A stretch of 63,814 nt of DNA, counting the filler, from Folioceros fuciformis (taxonomy: Eukaryota), in NCBI GenBank assembly GCA_049999805.1. It is 4 parts of 4 records of this genome, joined end to end, with 100 filler letters (N's around TTAATTAATTAA, not from the genome) between each part and the next. Parts side by side here need not be neighbours in the genome. Positions count along the whole stretch, not along the records: positions 20,804 to 45,384 come from JBNGIO010006341.1; 3 more parts are not named here. One strand, given 5' to 3'. Numbering within the stretch: the stretch's first letter is position 1; every line of letters begins with the position of its first letter. Under the pieces are notes generated by a model. The model did not search any database. It saw only the letters and a program-made list of their open reading frames with translations, and was not told where the DNA came from. Positions 24,787-36,152 of the stretch are shown one piece after another. Made by a program: the position numbers and the translations under genes.

Positions 24787-26721
24787 ATGGAGCAGCTAAA
24801 CCAGGAGATTGCTGCCGCGAATGAACAGAGCATCGCTTTTGAGAAGGTCTTGCTCAACACCACAGACCCGCAGCAAAGAATCCTTTTAGAAAAGGTATGG
24901 GAGAGGTCGGTGGAGAAGTGGCAGGCGCTGAGAAAGGAAAGGCAGCTAAACCAGGAGATTGCTGCAAAGGAAAGGCAGCTAAACCAGGAGATTGCTGCAA
25001 AGGAAAGGCAGCTAAACCAGGAGATTGCTGCCTTAACTGGGGAGATTGCTGCCGCGAATGAACACATTACCGCTCTTGCGAAGGACTTGTTCAACGCCAC
25101 AGACCCGCAGCAAAAAATCCTTTTAAAAGAGGTATGGGAGAGGTCGTTGGAGAGCAAAGAGCGCCTCGTGGCGACCCGGCAGGCGCTGCAGGATAGCCTT
25201 CGGGCCAAGCAGTCCATCCCAGGTCAGTGCACTCCGCTAAGGGAAGGTGTCATCTGCATGATGCTGTCGTATGTTTGTTTGCAGACTTGTTAGTATTTGA
25301 ATGGCAGACATGCTTGTAATTGGAGCTCAGAGGTTCTTATCTTGATGTAGGCGATGTCTTGAGTACAAGAAAACAGAGGAGCAGCTCCAAGCTATATTTG
25401 ATATTGTGCAAGAGGAGAGAAAGGAAAAGTCAACCGTCTGCATAAACGGCGTGAAGACTGAAACATGGTTGGCAGTGCAAAGCACTGCGAAGCTATCTAT
25501 CCTTGTAGTTGAGGATCTGCCAGCATCTTCACCAAAAGAAGCGGTGGTTGCATTTGACTGGGATGGCAGCGTCGAACGTGCCCAGGCTGACAGGTGTCGT
25601 TATGATATCAATCTTGTCATCTTGTAGGTGTGTTATAATCTTGGATTTGTTTATGGTTGACCGTCTTGTGCTAATGAGATGTTCTTTGTGTATGAACAGG
25701 TACATAGCCCATCTCCGGCAGATCATCAACCTCGATAACAGGAAGATTGATTGGGTAGACGCAAATCATTTTCCACAGTTATTCAGTTATCATGGAGTAG
25801 AGACGCTTGGCCGGAACTTCAGGGGTACCACTGACGTTCTGATAGCTGACACTTCAGTAATTAGGGCCCGGCAACCATGGCTGGGCATGCGGGTCTTATT
25901 TGAGCTCAAGACAAGGGTTCGACATTCTCGTGTCAGGCAGGCACAAATTTCCTTGCTGTTGGCCAACCTACTTTCTCCGGAATCCAAACCAGTAATGGTA
26001 AGATCTGAGTCTGAACCACCATCTTTTGCACTTAACATTCAGGGGTCTTAAAATTTTGGTTGGGTTGTGGCAGGTCCTCACAGACCTCTGTGATGAATGG
26101 CATCTGTTCTGGTTGGATGGCGCAACAATCAACCAGCACGCTTTCATATCCAGAGAACGGGCTGTAAGTTTTATCGAAGATCTTTTGGCTGGGCGTTTGG
26201 AAGCAAGCGAGGAATTCGACCGTACTGCTGTCCCGTTATCGAAAAGGCGCAAGGTATTCAACAGATTGGTTTCGACTCCGGAATTAGAGAACACACTCCC
26301 TGAAGATCAATTAGAGAGTCTGGAAGGCGTGTTAGCTCCAAGTGAGATCACACAGATGAGAGCTCATCGTTTCATCCGCCAATTCGAAACACTCCAAAAT
26401 TGGAGGCCAGTCCCAGATATATATATACGTAGACACTCTTTACCTCTCTTGCAAGTGTCATCATTGAAGGTTGTATTCGAGGGGGCGATTTTGGTGCTTC
26501 TGGCATCATCCTCAGTCTTGCTCGAGTCTTCACTGAAAGGGCGTTCCAACTCGAAACTCTCAATTTTCTCCGAATTGGAGGCCTGTCCCAGATATGAAAG
26601 TATCATTTTACCGAGCACGTTAATGAACGTTTTGTTCGGTTTGAGCACGGACAGTTCTGCTTCTATGAGTTTCTTTGCTGCGGCTTCTACTGATTATTTC
26701 GCGGTGGTCGTAGTGGTCTGA
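24787..26721 (+). CDS. Crinkler (CR-effector)-like protein: coiled-coil header + PD-(D/E)xK restriction-endonuclease-fold domain; exons about 24787-25222, 25351/25377-25593, 25700-25997, 26074-end
   Basis: Spliced protein reads FDWDG..E..Q..RYIAHL, FRGTTDVLI, LFELKT, RQAQISLLLANLLS, KPVM|VLTDLCDEWHLFWLD; GT-AG introns 25594-25699 and 25998-26073 are phase-compatible; first acceptor and true stop are uncertain. Confidence 0.7.
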
Positions 26722-27740
26722 AGATGAGGGCTAAGGTCTTGTGCTCCCTTGTTCTGCCTTGCCCTATCTTTAGCTCATCCGCAGGATCCTGGGGAACTGC
26801 TGAGGTTGCTATGAGATTGCTGAATAACTGAAGAAAGTTGTTGAGAATTGACTGGGTGGGTGTGAGTGATTGCTGGAAACTTGGACGATTACTGGAGAAA
26901 TTGCTGAGGAATTCTTGGGCGTTTGGGAAGAACCGTCGGGGGTTGTTGAAGATTGTGGCAGCGTGTGAAGTATGGGGAAGGATCACTAAGGAATTGCTGG
27001 AGGTTGGTCAGCATTGCTAAACGATTTGAGATGTTGGAAACAGACCGGTGAGAAGTAAGTGTACCCCCGAGATCTGGTGTGTTTCGTGTGTGTGTGCGCG
27101 TGGGTGTGAGAGAGTGCGGTGATCTGCAGGGTCCTGCTCCCCAAAAGATTAGCACGCGGTGGGACCTGCACGGAAGATATTAGTTAGGGTTTAAGGTGGG
27201 ACCCACCACTGTTATGTAACCCCCTACCAATCGTGGAAGTTACCAGTGGTTGCGGAGGCCACGATCGTGGTCGTAGAGTAGGGACGATTGGTAGTTACCA
27301 GTGGTTGCGGAGGCCACCACCGTGGTCGTAGAGTAGGGACGATTGGTAGTTACCGGTGGTTGCGGAGGCCACGAACGTGGTTGTAGACTAGGACCAAAGT
27401 CGTAGAGTCGGGACCGCGGTAGCTAGGCTAACTGGGGGTAGTGGATAAGGCCTGACCTAGGTAAGAGTCAGTAGTAGAAGAAACTTGTGTTACTTGGCTT
27501 AAATCATTCCCTTGGGATCGAATCCCATGGCTACAACAACGTAGAGGGTTTGTGTGGGCCTCGCGATGTTCTCGGACATAACATTTTACTCCACAAATCA
27601 CGATTACTAGCATCCACAATATCCGCCTAGGTGTTGACTACCGAAGGTCTAACTTGATCCTATTAGGGGTGTTGATTGCCGAAGGTCTAACTTGATCCTA
27701 TTAGGGCTCGATCTTATCGATTTTGCACACGATTCTTGGT
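26430..27740 (-). mobile_element. Fragment of an LTR-type element (repeat-bearing terminal region, leader, start of a degenerate ORF)
   Basis: 27140-27600 is homologous (inverted) to 28400-28790 and to 43625-43700; internal 55-bp and ~37-bp tandem repeats. Confidence 0.5.
27238..27392. repeat. 55-bp tandem repeat, about 2.8 copies
   Basis: TACCAGTGGTTGCGGAGGCCAC... restarts at 27241, 27296 and 27351. Confidence 0.9.
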
Positions 27741-28339
27741 CCTATCAATTGGATATGGAGATCGCAAGGCTCATCCATGGAAACCTTGCTTTAAGGGCCA
27801 CATAATCTTCAAGTTGGCCTGCCTTGCTGAAGGCCAAGTGCCGTATAGAAGAAACAATAACAATGGTTGAAGGGAACACAAAAAACAGGATGTCCATTGT
27901 GGTGGTTGTTAAGATATGGCTTATGATAAACCTCCGGACATAGTAACAAGGCACAACTCTCCAAGCAAGTGCACCCCACCTTTGGCCATCCACCTTGCCA
28001 TGCTCACTATTGGCTATCCACCTTGTCGTACTCCATGCATGCCATGAGGTGCACCCATCCTGCCAACCGGTGCACTTCACCATCGCGCCAACCCGTGCTC
28101 TCCCACTGGCCATCAACCTTCTATCTCCTTGTCTTTATACATATCGTCGTCGTATGTATAGCATGTTGAGATATACATTTGAATTTCAAAAATCAAATTA
28201 CATACTTGGTTGCTATGGTAGCAACGTGAAGCCTTCATGCTCACTCTAGTTCGGGAGGCCAAAAGACAACATGGGCAATACAATGACGTAAAGCCTCTAT
28301 GCTTGCTTTGGTTGGGAGGCCAAAAGACGACAAGGGTAG

Positions 28340-29107
28340 CACTCCAAGAGTAATAGAAAGTAGGTTGTCTTCATTCTATCTTTGGTAGTATTGGGATACG
28401 ATTGTTGTGGAGGAAAATATTGTGTCCGAGGACACTGCGAGGTCCACACAAACCCTCTATGTCATTTTAGCCATGGGATTCAATCCCAAGGGAATGATTT
28501 GTGCCAAGTAACACAGATTTCTCCTAATACTGACTCTTACCTAAGTCAAACCTTACTATTAGTTCTTCTACCGACTACCCTCTTCCACTACCCCTTAGTT
28601 TGTCTAGCTATCGCGGACCCTACTCTACAACTCTGGTCCCTGCTCTACGACCGGGGTTGGGGTCTCCACGACCACTAGCACCCCCACGACCGGTTGGGGT
28701 TTCCACAACCGATAGCGGGTTCCACTATAGTGGTGGGTCCTACCTAAAGCCCTAAGTAACACATGCCAGTGTAGGTACCACCGCGGGTTCCTACCCACTG
28801 GTTCCTGTCAGGATCCCCTGAGTCACGGGTCGGGGTTTGTTGAACACTCCTCGTACCCGCAGATACACACTTAGACAAACCAGTTCCATGGGGCAGCCAC
28901 ACCTCACACTTTGCACCTACACCGTGCTTCCAGCACACACCAAATCTCCAACGTACAGTTACTCCTCACCAACTTGCTCTCGAATGTCTTTGTCCCTCAG
29001 CAGCGTCCACGATTTCCCAGCGGTCTCTCAGCGATCCTTCACACCACAGTCTCTTAACAACGTTCCACATCATTCAGGAATTCCCTAGTAATCTTGTCTC
29101 AACCTTA
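28340..29107 (+). mobile_element. Diverged copy of the same LTR-type terminal/leader region, opposite orientation
   Basis: CACACAAACCCTCTA...CCATGGGATTCAATCCCAAGGGAATGATTT...AAGTAACAC...TACTGACTCTTACCTA matches the reverse complement of 27455-27560. Confidence 0.55.
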
Positions 29108-30368
29108 TGTCAATAGGATCGACTCCAATCTATGTGCAGGTGTAGGAGAGGAGAGGAGAGAAGATGAGAGGGTGGTATTGGTAGTCACAACCAAAAACAA
29201 TACACATCACCACTCTCTTACTATGGAGGTTCAGGGCCTCCATTTAAGTAGTACATTTAGGGGTACACATCTTCAAGGTTCAATACAGGATAATCTACAC
29301 TATCCTAAGTGCCCCTTTATATACTATCAAATCCACAACTTAACTGGTTCACTAATAACTAGAACTAGTCTAGTGTGAACCCAACCAGGATAACTAACAC
29401 CACATGAGTTTAGCTCATATAGAGCTCGATAACTTAACACTCCCCCTCGAGCTCAATATAGCATCTATATGCCTAACATAGCTCGGAATTTCTTCAAGTT
29501 CTTTGCTCCCATTGGCTTAGGAAATATATCGGCTATCTGCTCGTCTGTGTTGACATACACAAGATCAATAGCTCCAAATAAATTCCTTTCTCGAAGAAAA
29601 TGATAATGTACCTCAATGTGTTTCGTCATGGCATGAAACTATGGGTTTCGCGCCAATTGTATGCTGCTAAGATTGTCACAGTACATAACAACCTTGTCGT
29701 TGACCTGCAATCCAAAATCTTTGAGTAACTTACAAATCCAAGTCACTTCACACGCTGCCATTGCTGCATCTCTGTATTTAGCTTCTGTACTAGACAAAGC
29801 CATTGTAGGCCGCTTCTTGCTACTCCATGTTATTGCTGCACTCCCAAGTGAAAATATGAATCCACTTGTAGATCTACGATAAGTAATATTGCTTGCCCAA
29901 TCCTAATTTGTGTACCCACACAAGTTTATTCCTGAATCTGCAGCATAAAAGAGAGCATGATCCATAGTTGCCTTCACATTACGTAAGGTTTGCCTTACTA
30001 CATCCAAATGTGGCTTTCTTGGCTCCTGCATAAACTGACTCTGCTGTCCCACTGTATAGTTTAAATCTGGTTTGGACAGAGTGAAATATATTAAGCTACC
30101 CACAATCTTCCTGTATATTGTTGGATCTTCAAGTGCTTCACCATCATGAGTACTGAGCTTTAGATTTTGATCCAAAGGAATCGAGATTAGCTTGCACTCA
30201 GCCATACCATACCTAGTTAGTACATCCGATGCATACTTCCGCTCTGATAGCCAAATGCCTGTGTTGGTTCGTATAATTTCAATGCCCAAGAAGAACCTCA
30301 GTTCACCTAGGTCCTTCATCTCGACCTCCTGTTGCAGAAGTTCCTTGATCTACTCCACTTGATCCAAC
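29108..30368 (-). mobile_element. Ty1/Copia 3' remnant: end of RT, RNase H, PPT and 332-bp 3' LTR (29108-29439)
   Basis: MKDLGELRFFLGIEI, YRKIVGSLIY, RSTSGFIF, WSSKKRPT, YCDNLSSI, TKHIEVHYHF; PPT AGGGGGAG just before an LTR bounded by TGTTAA...TTGACA on the minus strand; RT cut off at 30368. Confidence 0.9.
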
Positions 30369-32160
30369 TGTAGCGGAAAAAATATTTGAGAACCCCCTTC
30401 CCGAGTGTCATATCTGGTGGATTTTGGTTTTTTCGTAAAGTAAGGAGACAGCGGCTTAGGTTGAGAGTAAGCAGGGGTATATATGCACAAGACCTCCTTG
30501 GAACATGAGGTTTCGGGGTAGACTAGTGGCCGGACCAGGTGTCCGAGGGCTGTTTGGTCCTTGGGTCTCGATAGTTAAATAAACACTAGGGAGCCTATAT
30601 ATGTAGACCCCCCCCCCCCGAAATTAAGAAATAAGAGACGACCCCTAGGTGAGGAAGGTCATGGACTTAGGCTAGAAAATAAGGAAGTCGTGACTCAGCA
30701 ACGGTAGGGGAAGGTGAACCACCGTCATGGAAGGATGACTAGTCCAGGGGGTGGTGGAACTACAACGACCAGACAAGAGAAAACCCTAAGTAAGGATGAG
30801 GAGGGTCCGGGTGTGATTTCGAAAAGGGAGCGCAACCGAGGAGTCGGGGAGCGGAAGTGGTGGATGGCACGTGAGCGGAAGAGGGGCAAGTAGATCAAAG
30901 GCATGGCCACGGGCAGCGACTTCTAAGTAGGACAGGGATAGCACAGGCGTCGACCAACCATGGGGAGGTGCGGTGTTAAGAAGAAGACCATGGAGGATGA
31001 AGAAGGAGGAAGCGACTGCGAAGCTGGTGCCGGCGGGCGTGGCCAGGGATGCAGATTAGGTCATTGTGCTCCTAGTTTAGGTCGCGCTCTGGCCTAACAT
31101 GGATCACTAGAGGGCTAGTAGAGGAGCTAGGCCTCGGGTTCATGGCCCAATGGTGGAGCCACGCAGGACTTGCCTTGGTGCGGGAGTGTGCACAACGGCT
31201 GAGGAGTCCAGCGGAAGGAGAAGGCATCAGGGGGAATCCTCAGGACTGGAGCGTCGACTTGGTCCGAATGGTGTATGGGCGCAGCCAGGAGGAAGCAGGA
31301 GGACTGGTCATAGAGTCCTTGAGGAAGCGTAGCACGACGGCAGCAGCGGCGGCGTTGTTCAAGGCAAGGATAGGGAGAGAAGCCAACAGCTGGCTGGCCC
31401 GAGAGATGGCGGCTGCCCAACTCATGGGGCTGGCTAGGTGGCTCCTGTGCTTCCTACAGAATAGGAAGCAGGACTACTTGTCTGACCACATGCTCTTGTT
31501 TCTGCATGAGGTGGTCAAAGGCAGTCGGATGGATTGGGGGAACATCCTTTACGATCGGCTAAATGAGGAGAGACAGAACCTGTCCTCCCCCACTCCCCGC
31601 TCGTCGATGATTTCGCCATTTCTTGTGCATTTGTCTTGTCACGCTAACAGCTTACCCGAGATAAAAGTCGTTGCCTCTCTGCACATGTGGAAGCCGGTTA
31701 GGGAAGTCAAGTGGAAGCCGGAGGAGCCAAGGGAAGAAGTCGAATCCAGCAATTGGGAATCAGGAGCCACGGGAAGCTCAGAGGAGGAAGTAACAGTCAA
31801 CAAGAAGCAGAAGGCAGGATTAGGGCGAAGACTCCTGCGAAGAAGAGGAAGGTGGGTGGCCGAGTTGCCAAAATTACAGGCGAGTTAGCACGGCAGGAGG
31901 TCGTTGAGAAGGTGTGCGACAAGGCCTTGGATGCACCTCAGGAAACGGTGCCAGGAGGGAAAGTGGGCCCAGCTAAGGTGGCAAGTGAGTTAGGGCAAGC
32001 CCAGGAGGAAGAACCCTTCCCAGGATGGGAAGGGATTTTCAACAGCGTTCCCATGGTGACGACGTTGCAAGAGGAGGATCTTGTAAGGAATGGAAACCCT
32101 AACATGACTTATACTACAGTTAAGGAGTTAACTCAAAAGACACTCAAATATTTTTGTATT
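30369..32160 (+). mobile_element. LTR-type element fragment inserted into the Copia RT, carrying an uncharacterised accessory ORF (31142-31888)
   Basis: Starts TGTAGCGG exactly where the Copia RT stops; ORF has homologs at 44748-45102 and 63050-63560. Confidence 0.55.
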
Positions 32161-33249
32161 TAAGGACACTTGGTCCTTGCAGTAGTAGTGATATTGCAGA
32201 ATTCTGTTGCCTTCTCATGCAGCTGCAAGTGAGCACTATGGTAGGAGCATCACACAGGAAGCCTCTTGGACCATCTATATTCGGATTTCCCAACAGTCTG
32301 TGGCAGATGTGGATGTCCTCAGTGTCATGACTTAGAAAGTTTGCTAGAGTTTTGCGTCTGTGAGAACTTTTTGTGCAGATCGCAAATGTGAAAGCTGTTT
32401 GCGTGGGACAAATACGCTTGTGCTAAGAATAAACCCCTTTCGTTATGACTGAAGATATAGTTGGCAGACAAAATTTCTCGTGAAGGAGCGGTTGAAGAGT
32501 AGGGTTTTTGATAGATAACTTTTTAGGCAGTTGATAACGGTTTGAAAATGATCATTCAGGTCATTAGTAACGGTATGTTATAGGGATATAGGGTCAAAGA
32601 AAGAATGGTCGAACATTCTTTTGATAGCTCACTTAGAAAGCCTGAAAATCGGTGGCGCACTGAGGATTTTTCAATGTGTGATAGAACTCTAAAGCTTGTA
32701 GCAAATTGAACAATTGAATCAAAGGTTCTGTGTTATCAGTCATCATTTGTACACATTAGCAAACAGGAAAGCGCTGTAATGGCTTAGCACGGAGCATCAT
32801 TAGATTGATATCTTAAAACTTATCACTATCAAAAGAATTGTTCGTTAGAAAGTAAGCATGTGCATGAGTTTTTCATGTCTTGAGAACAAAATGCTTTGTT
32901 TAAGAAAAGAGTGTTTAAGAGAGAGAGTTGTGGCAGAATTGCAAGGAACTGTTTAGATTATCTTGATGAATTGTGCGATTGAGTGAGTGGTCTTGCTGAG
33001 GTCTGAAGGGTGTATGAAGGTTTTAAAAACATAATTGTGAGGAAGGACTAGGCAGTAAGTAGGACAGAGAGAGTGCAAAAGTGTTAGCAAAGCAGGCATT
33101 GCTGAAAAATTTTGTTTGGGTAAGGGTTGCCAAGATCAGGGTGAGTCAAGTTGGCATTTGAGCATAGTTTGTTCTTGCCTTGTTGAGAGATGACGAGAGA
33201 GGGTTTGAGCCGTGGTACTGGAGAGGAAACTTAAGGCAATGGAACGTAG

Positions 33250-35491
33250 GGTAGTGAGATTAGGTGTGTGGAGAACTTTGCAAGGAGAGCAAGACGGAAG
33301 GAGGCGCAGCCATGGCGGGCAAGGGGAAGGAATTTGCAAGGGGTTCAGGAGCTTGGAAGGCGCACGGTGGGCAACAAGCGAAAGGTCGCTCCGGAGCAGT
33401 GACTATGGGCAGGGTCAGGAAAGCTCAACTTCTCCAGCAGCTTGAGGAGTAGAAGGCGGAGTTGGAAAGACTTAGGGGTGGCTTGAGTCCTAGGTTGGAG
33501 AGGCTGAGAGATGCAGTGACAAACGTCTGTGGACCATTTGTGCTACCAGCAGTGATAGGTAGCTTGGTTGCAGCTCGATTGGGAGAAAGGGGAAAGACTG
33601 GCATGGAGAAGTTTGAAGGGGGTAGGTGTCGCCGTTTTGACAGATCAGGAGCAAGAGCAAAGGGCACAGTGTGGCAGTGGTGAGGTTTTGTCAGAGAAGT
33701 TGTCACTGTCCGCGCGTGAGCAGTGAGGTGAGGCCGAGTTTGCAAGAAACACTCCACCTACAGTTCAGGAGGTTGAAGAAACTGTAGTGCTGCCAAGAAC
33801 TGGAAAGGAGGTCGTGTGCGAGGTGAGAGAGGAGAACGGGCTGCTAGAGTGTGATGCGCCAGGAGCACACGAAGCAGGAGAGAAAGGTTGGTGTCCGGCA
33901 GGGGTTCTTTCGATGACGTTTACAGAAGGGGGCGAAGACGGACTGCCAGGAGAGGGTTTCCTAGCAAAGCCGACAAAAGTGAAGGAGGTTGCGGTGTTGG
34001 AGGAGAAGTTTGTAGCAGCGCTGTTAGCTTGCAAGGAGGGCACGCCTAAGGGGAGCGTGTTGTCGAAGGAGGACGCTTCAACGAACAAGGAACACATGCT
34101 GAAAGAAGGCGTTCTTTCAGGAGGAGAGATTGCGGCAGTGCCAAAGGTGGGCGAGAGAGAGATACAGCAAGGAGGGAGTCTTATTGTGGTGCTGACAATG
34201 GATGAAGAAGGTGCAGCGCCAGAGAATCCTACGTTGGTGGTTGCAACAACAGGAGGGGAGAATGAATTCTTGAAGACGATACCGGTGGCAGCATCGACGA
34301 TTGAGGAAGGTGGTGGGCTGTTAGCGGAAGGTTTTGTGGCAGCACGCCTAGTGGAAGAAGAACGCAAGTCGCCGCTGAAGCCTACAACTTTGGCAGTTAC
34401 AGCAGCAGTCCCAGACATCGAGGCGGAGCACGAAGAGGTCGCCAGCAGCGTTGCCAAGGCCGAGGCGAAGGCGGTTATTGGAATACAGTTCCTCGTCGTA
34501 GGAAGTGAGTAGTGCCAGTAAGGAGCTGGTGGGTGGGAAGCAAAAAACGGTTACGAAACCGTTGGTGACAGAAAAGACTGAGCAAGATAAAGGACCGGGG
34601 CAAGAGGAACGCGAGCAATTGTGTGAAACAGAGACAGCGCAGGACGTAAACGCTGGAGCAGAGGAGGAATTTTGTGACGGTAATCAAGACTCGTTGCAAC
34701 CTATGTAAGATGAGCGTGAGCAAGAATTGGAATAATAATAATAATCCATAATGGCAATACAAAAATGTTTAAATACTTTCTAGATGTCCTTTCACTAGAC
34801 AACCCCTAATTATATATAAACTATATATATATCCCTAACCGTGGGTTAAGTTTAACCATTCTGCGCTAACACAACCTCAGTGGAATTTGCTGCAGAATCA
34901 CCGATTTTCTAGGGAGGAGCTGCGAAGGTTTCGGGAGGAGACAGAGCGGGAGGTGGAAGAGCTCTCTATGGAGATTGTGGAGCATACAGTAGAAAAAGTC
35001 AGGCTTGTGGCACTGCTGAAGGACTTGCAAGCACGTGAAGTGGAGAAGAGGCCTCAGCTCGAGGAGATTGTCTCCATAGAGCTGCTATCGGAAGGTGGGG
35101 CGAGCTCCATCTTCAGTACTCTCTGGGCAGGCAGCCGGACGTTGCCTATGAAGTTATTACGAGGCAATATCAGCAATTGAAGAGGAACGAGTCGCCACTG
35201 GTGAAAAACGGAGTGGGGAACAAGTGGAAGGCTTCTGAGGGGCCTAGGCAAGTCGAGAACTACCACGAGAAGGACCCACCTAGGAGGAGTTCAAACTATC
35301 AGGCTGGGAGAGGGAGAGTATACCGAAGAGGATACGCCAGATGGAAGGTTAGTGAGGGTGCGGTGACTGGGGACCTTCCTATGAGAAGGTCCAAAAGACT
35401 TAAGTTAGAGAAGATTGCTTCAGAAGCTGCAACAGATAATGTTAGTGTAAAATTGGTTAGCAGCAGCAGTGAGGGAGGTTCTGCAATATAG
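33250..35491 (+). pseudogene. Long degenerate Glu/Lys/Ala-rich ORF upstream of gag, inside the candidate 5' LTR/leader
   Basis: Run of plus-strand ORF pieces 33264-33683, 33787-34512, 34505-34708, 34887-35180 and 35177-35491; 34505-34702 joins 34878-35180 in frame once the 169-bp insertion and one repeat copy are removed. Confidence 0.45.
34703..34871. mobile_element. 169-bp AT-rich insertion, probable solo LTR
   Basis: TGTAAG...CTAACA termini flanked by direct repeat CAACCT (34697-34702, 34872-34877); removal restores the reading frame DSLQP-QWNLLQNHRF. Confidence 0.7.
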
Positions 35492-36152
35492 AAGCAGTTC
35501 AGCAGTAAGACAGAATTAAAGTTTTGCATGAGTATACAAGTTTTTACCTTTGGAAATGATAAAGGGAACTTATCATTTGGTTGTGTAAAGATAACTGGTG
35601 AATTTTTTTTTCTTGTAAGAATGACGAAAGTTGTGTAGGGAAAACTCATTTGGGTGAGGAGAGTGAAATAAAGAAGAACAGTTTGGAGAAATCAGAAGAG
35701 AAAGAGGAGTTGGGCGAGCAAACTTTTCGAAGGAGGACCAAGAGTTTTATAAGAAGGAGGAAGAACAAAAAGAAAGAGGACAAGAAATTTACAATAATAG
35801 GATGTTCACAACCAAAGAATTGGAGTCAACTCGAGGCATTCTGTGATGATTTGATAGCGCTTGAATGACACTTTTCAGATGTGAAAAGTTTAGTGAAGTG
35901 CTTAGAGAGAAAAGAGGGAGAGGTGAACTTAGTGTGGAATGCCACCAGGCGTCTTGTTTTTGAGCTAGTGTATTCTCCACTGTATCCGTGCTGGTTTGGA
36001 TATAAACCAATGTGAGACTTGATTAGTTGTAAAAGTTATCAAACTTTGGCATGACAATCTTTATTTGAACTGGTGCTTAACTTTTAAACATAAGAAGACC
36101 TGTGATAAAAAATGTTAGAGTGACTCAGCCAAGTGTTAGATGAGTTGAAGTA

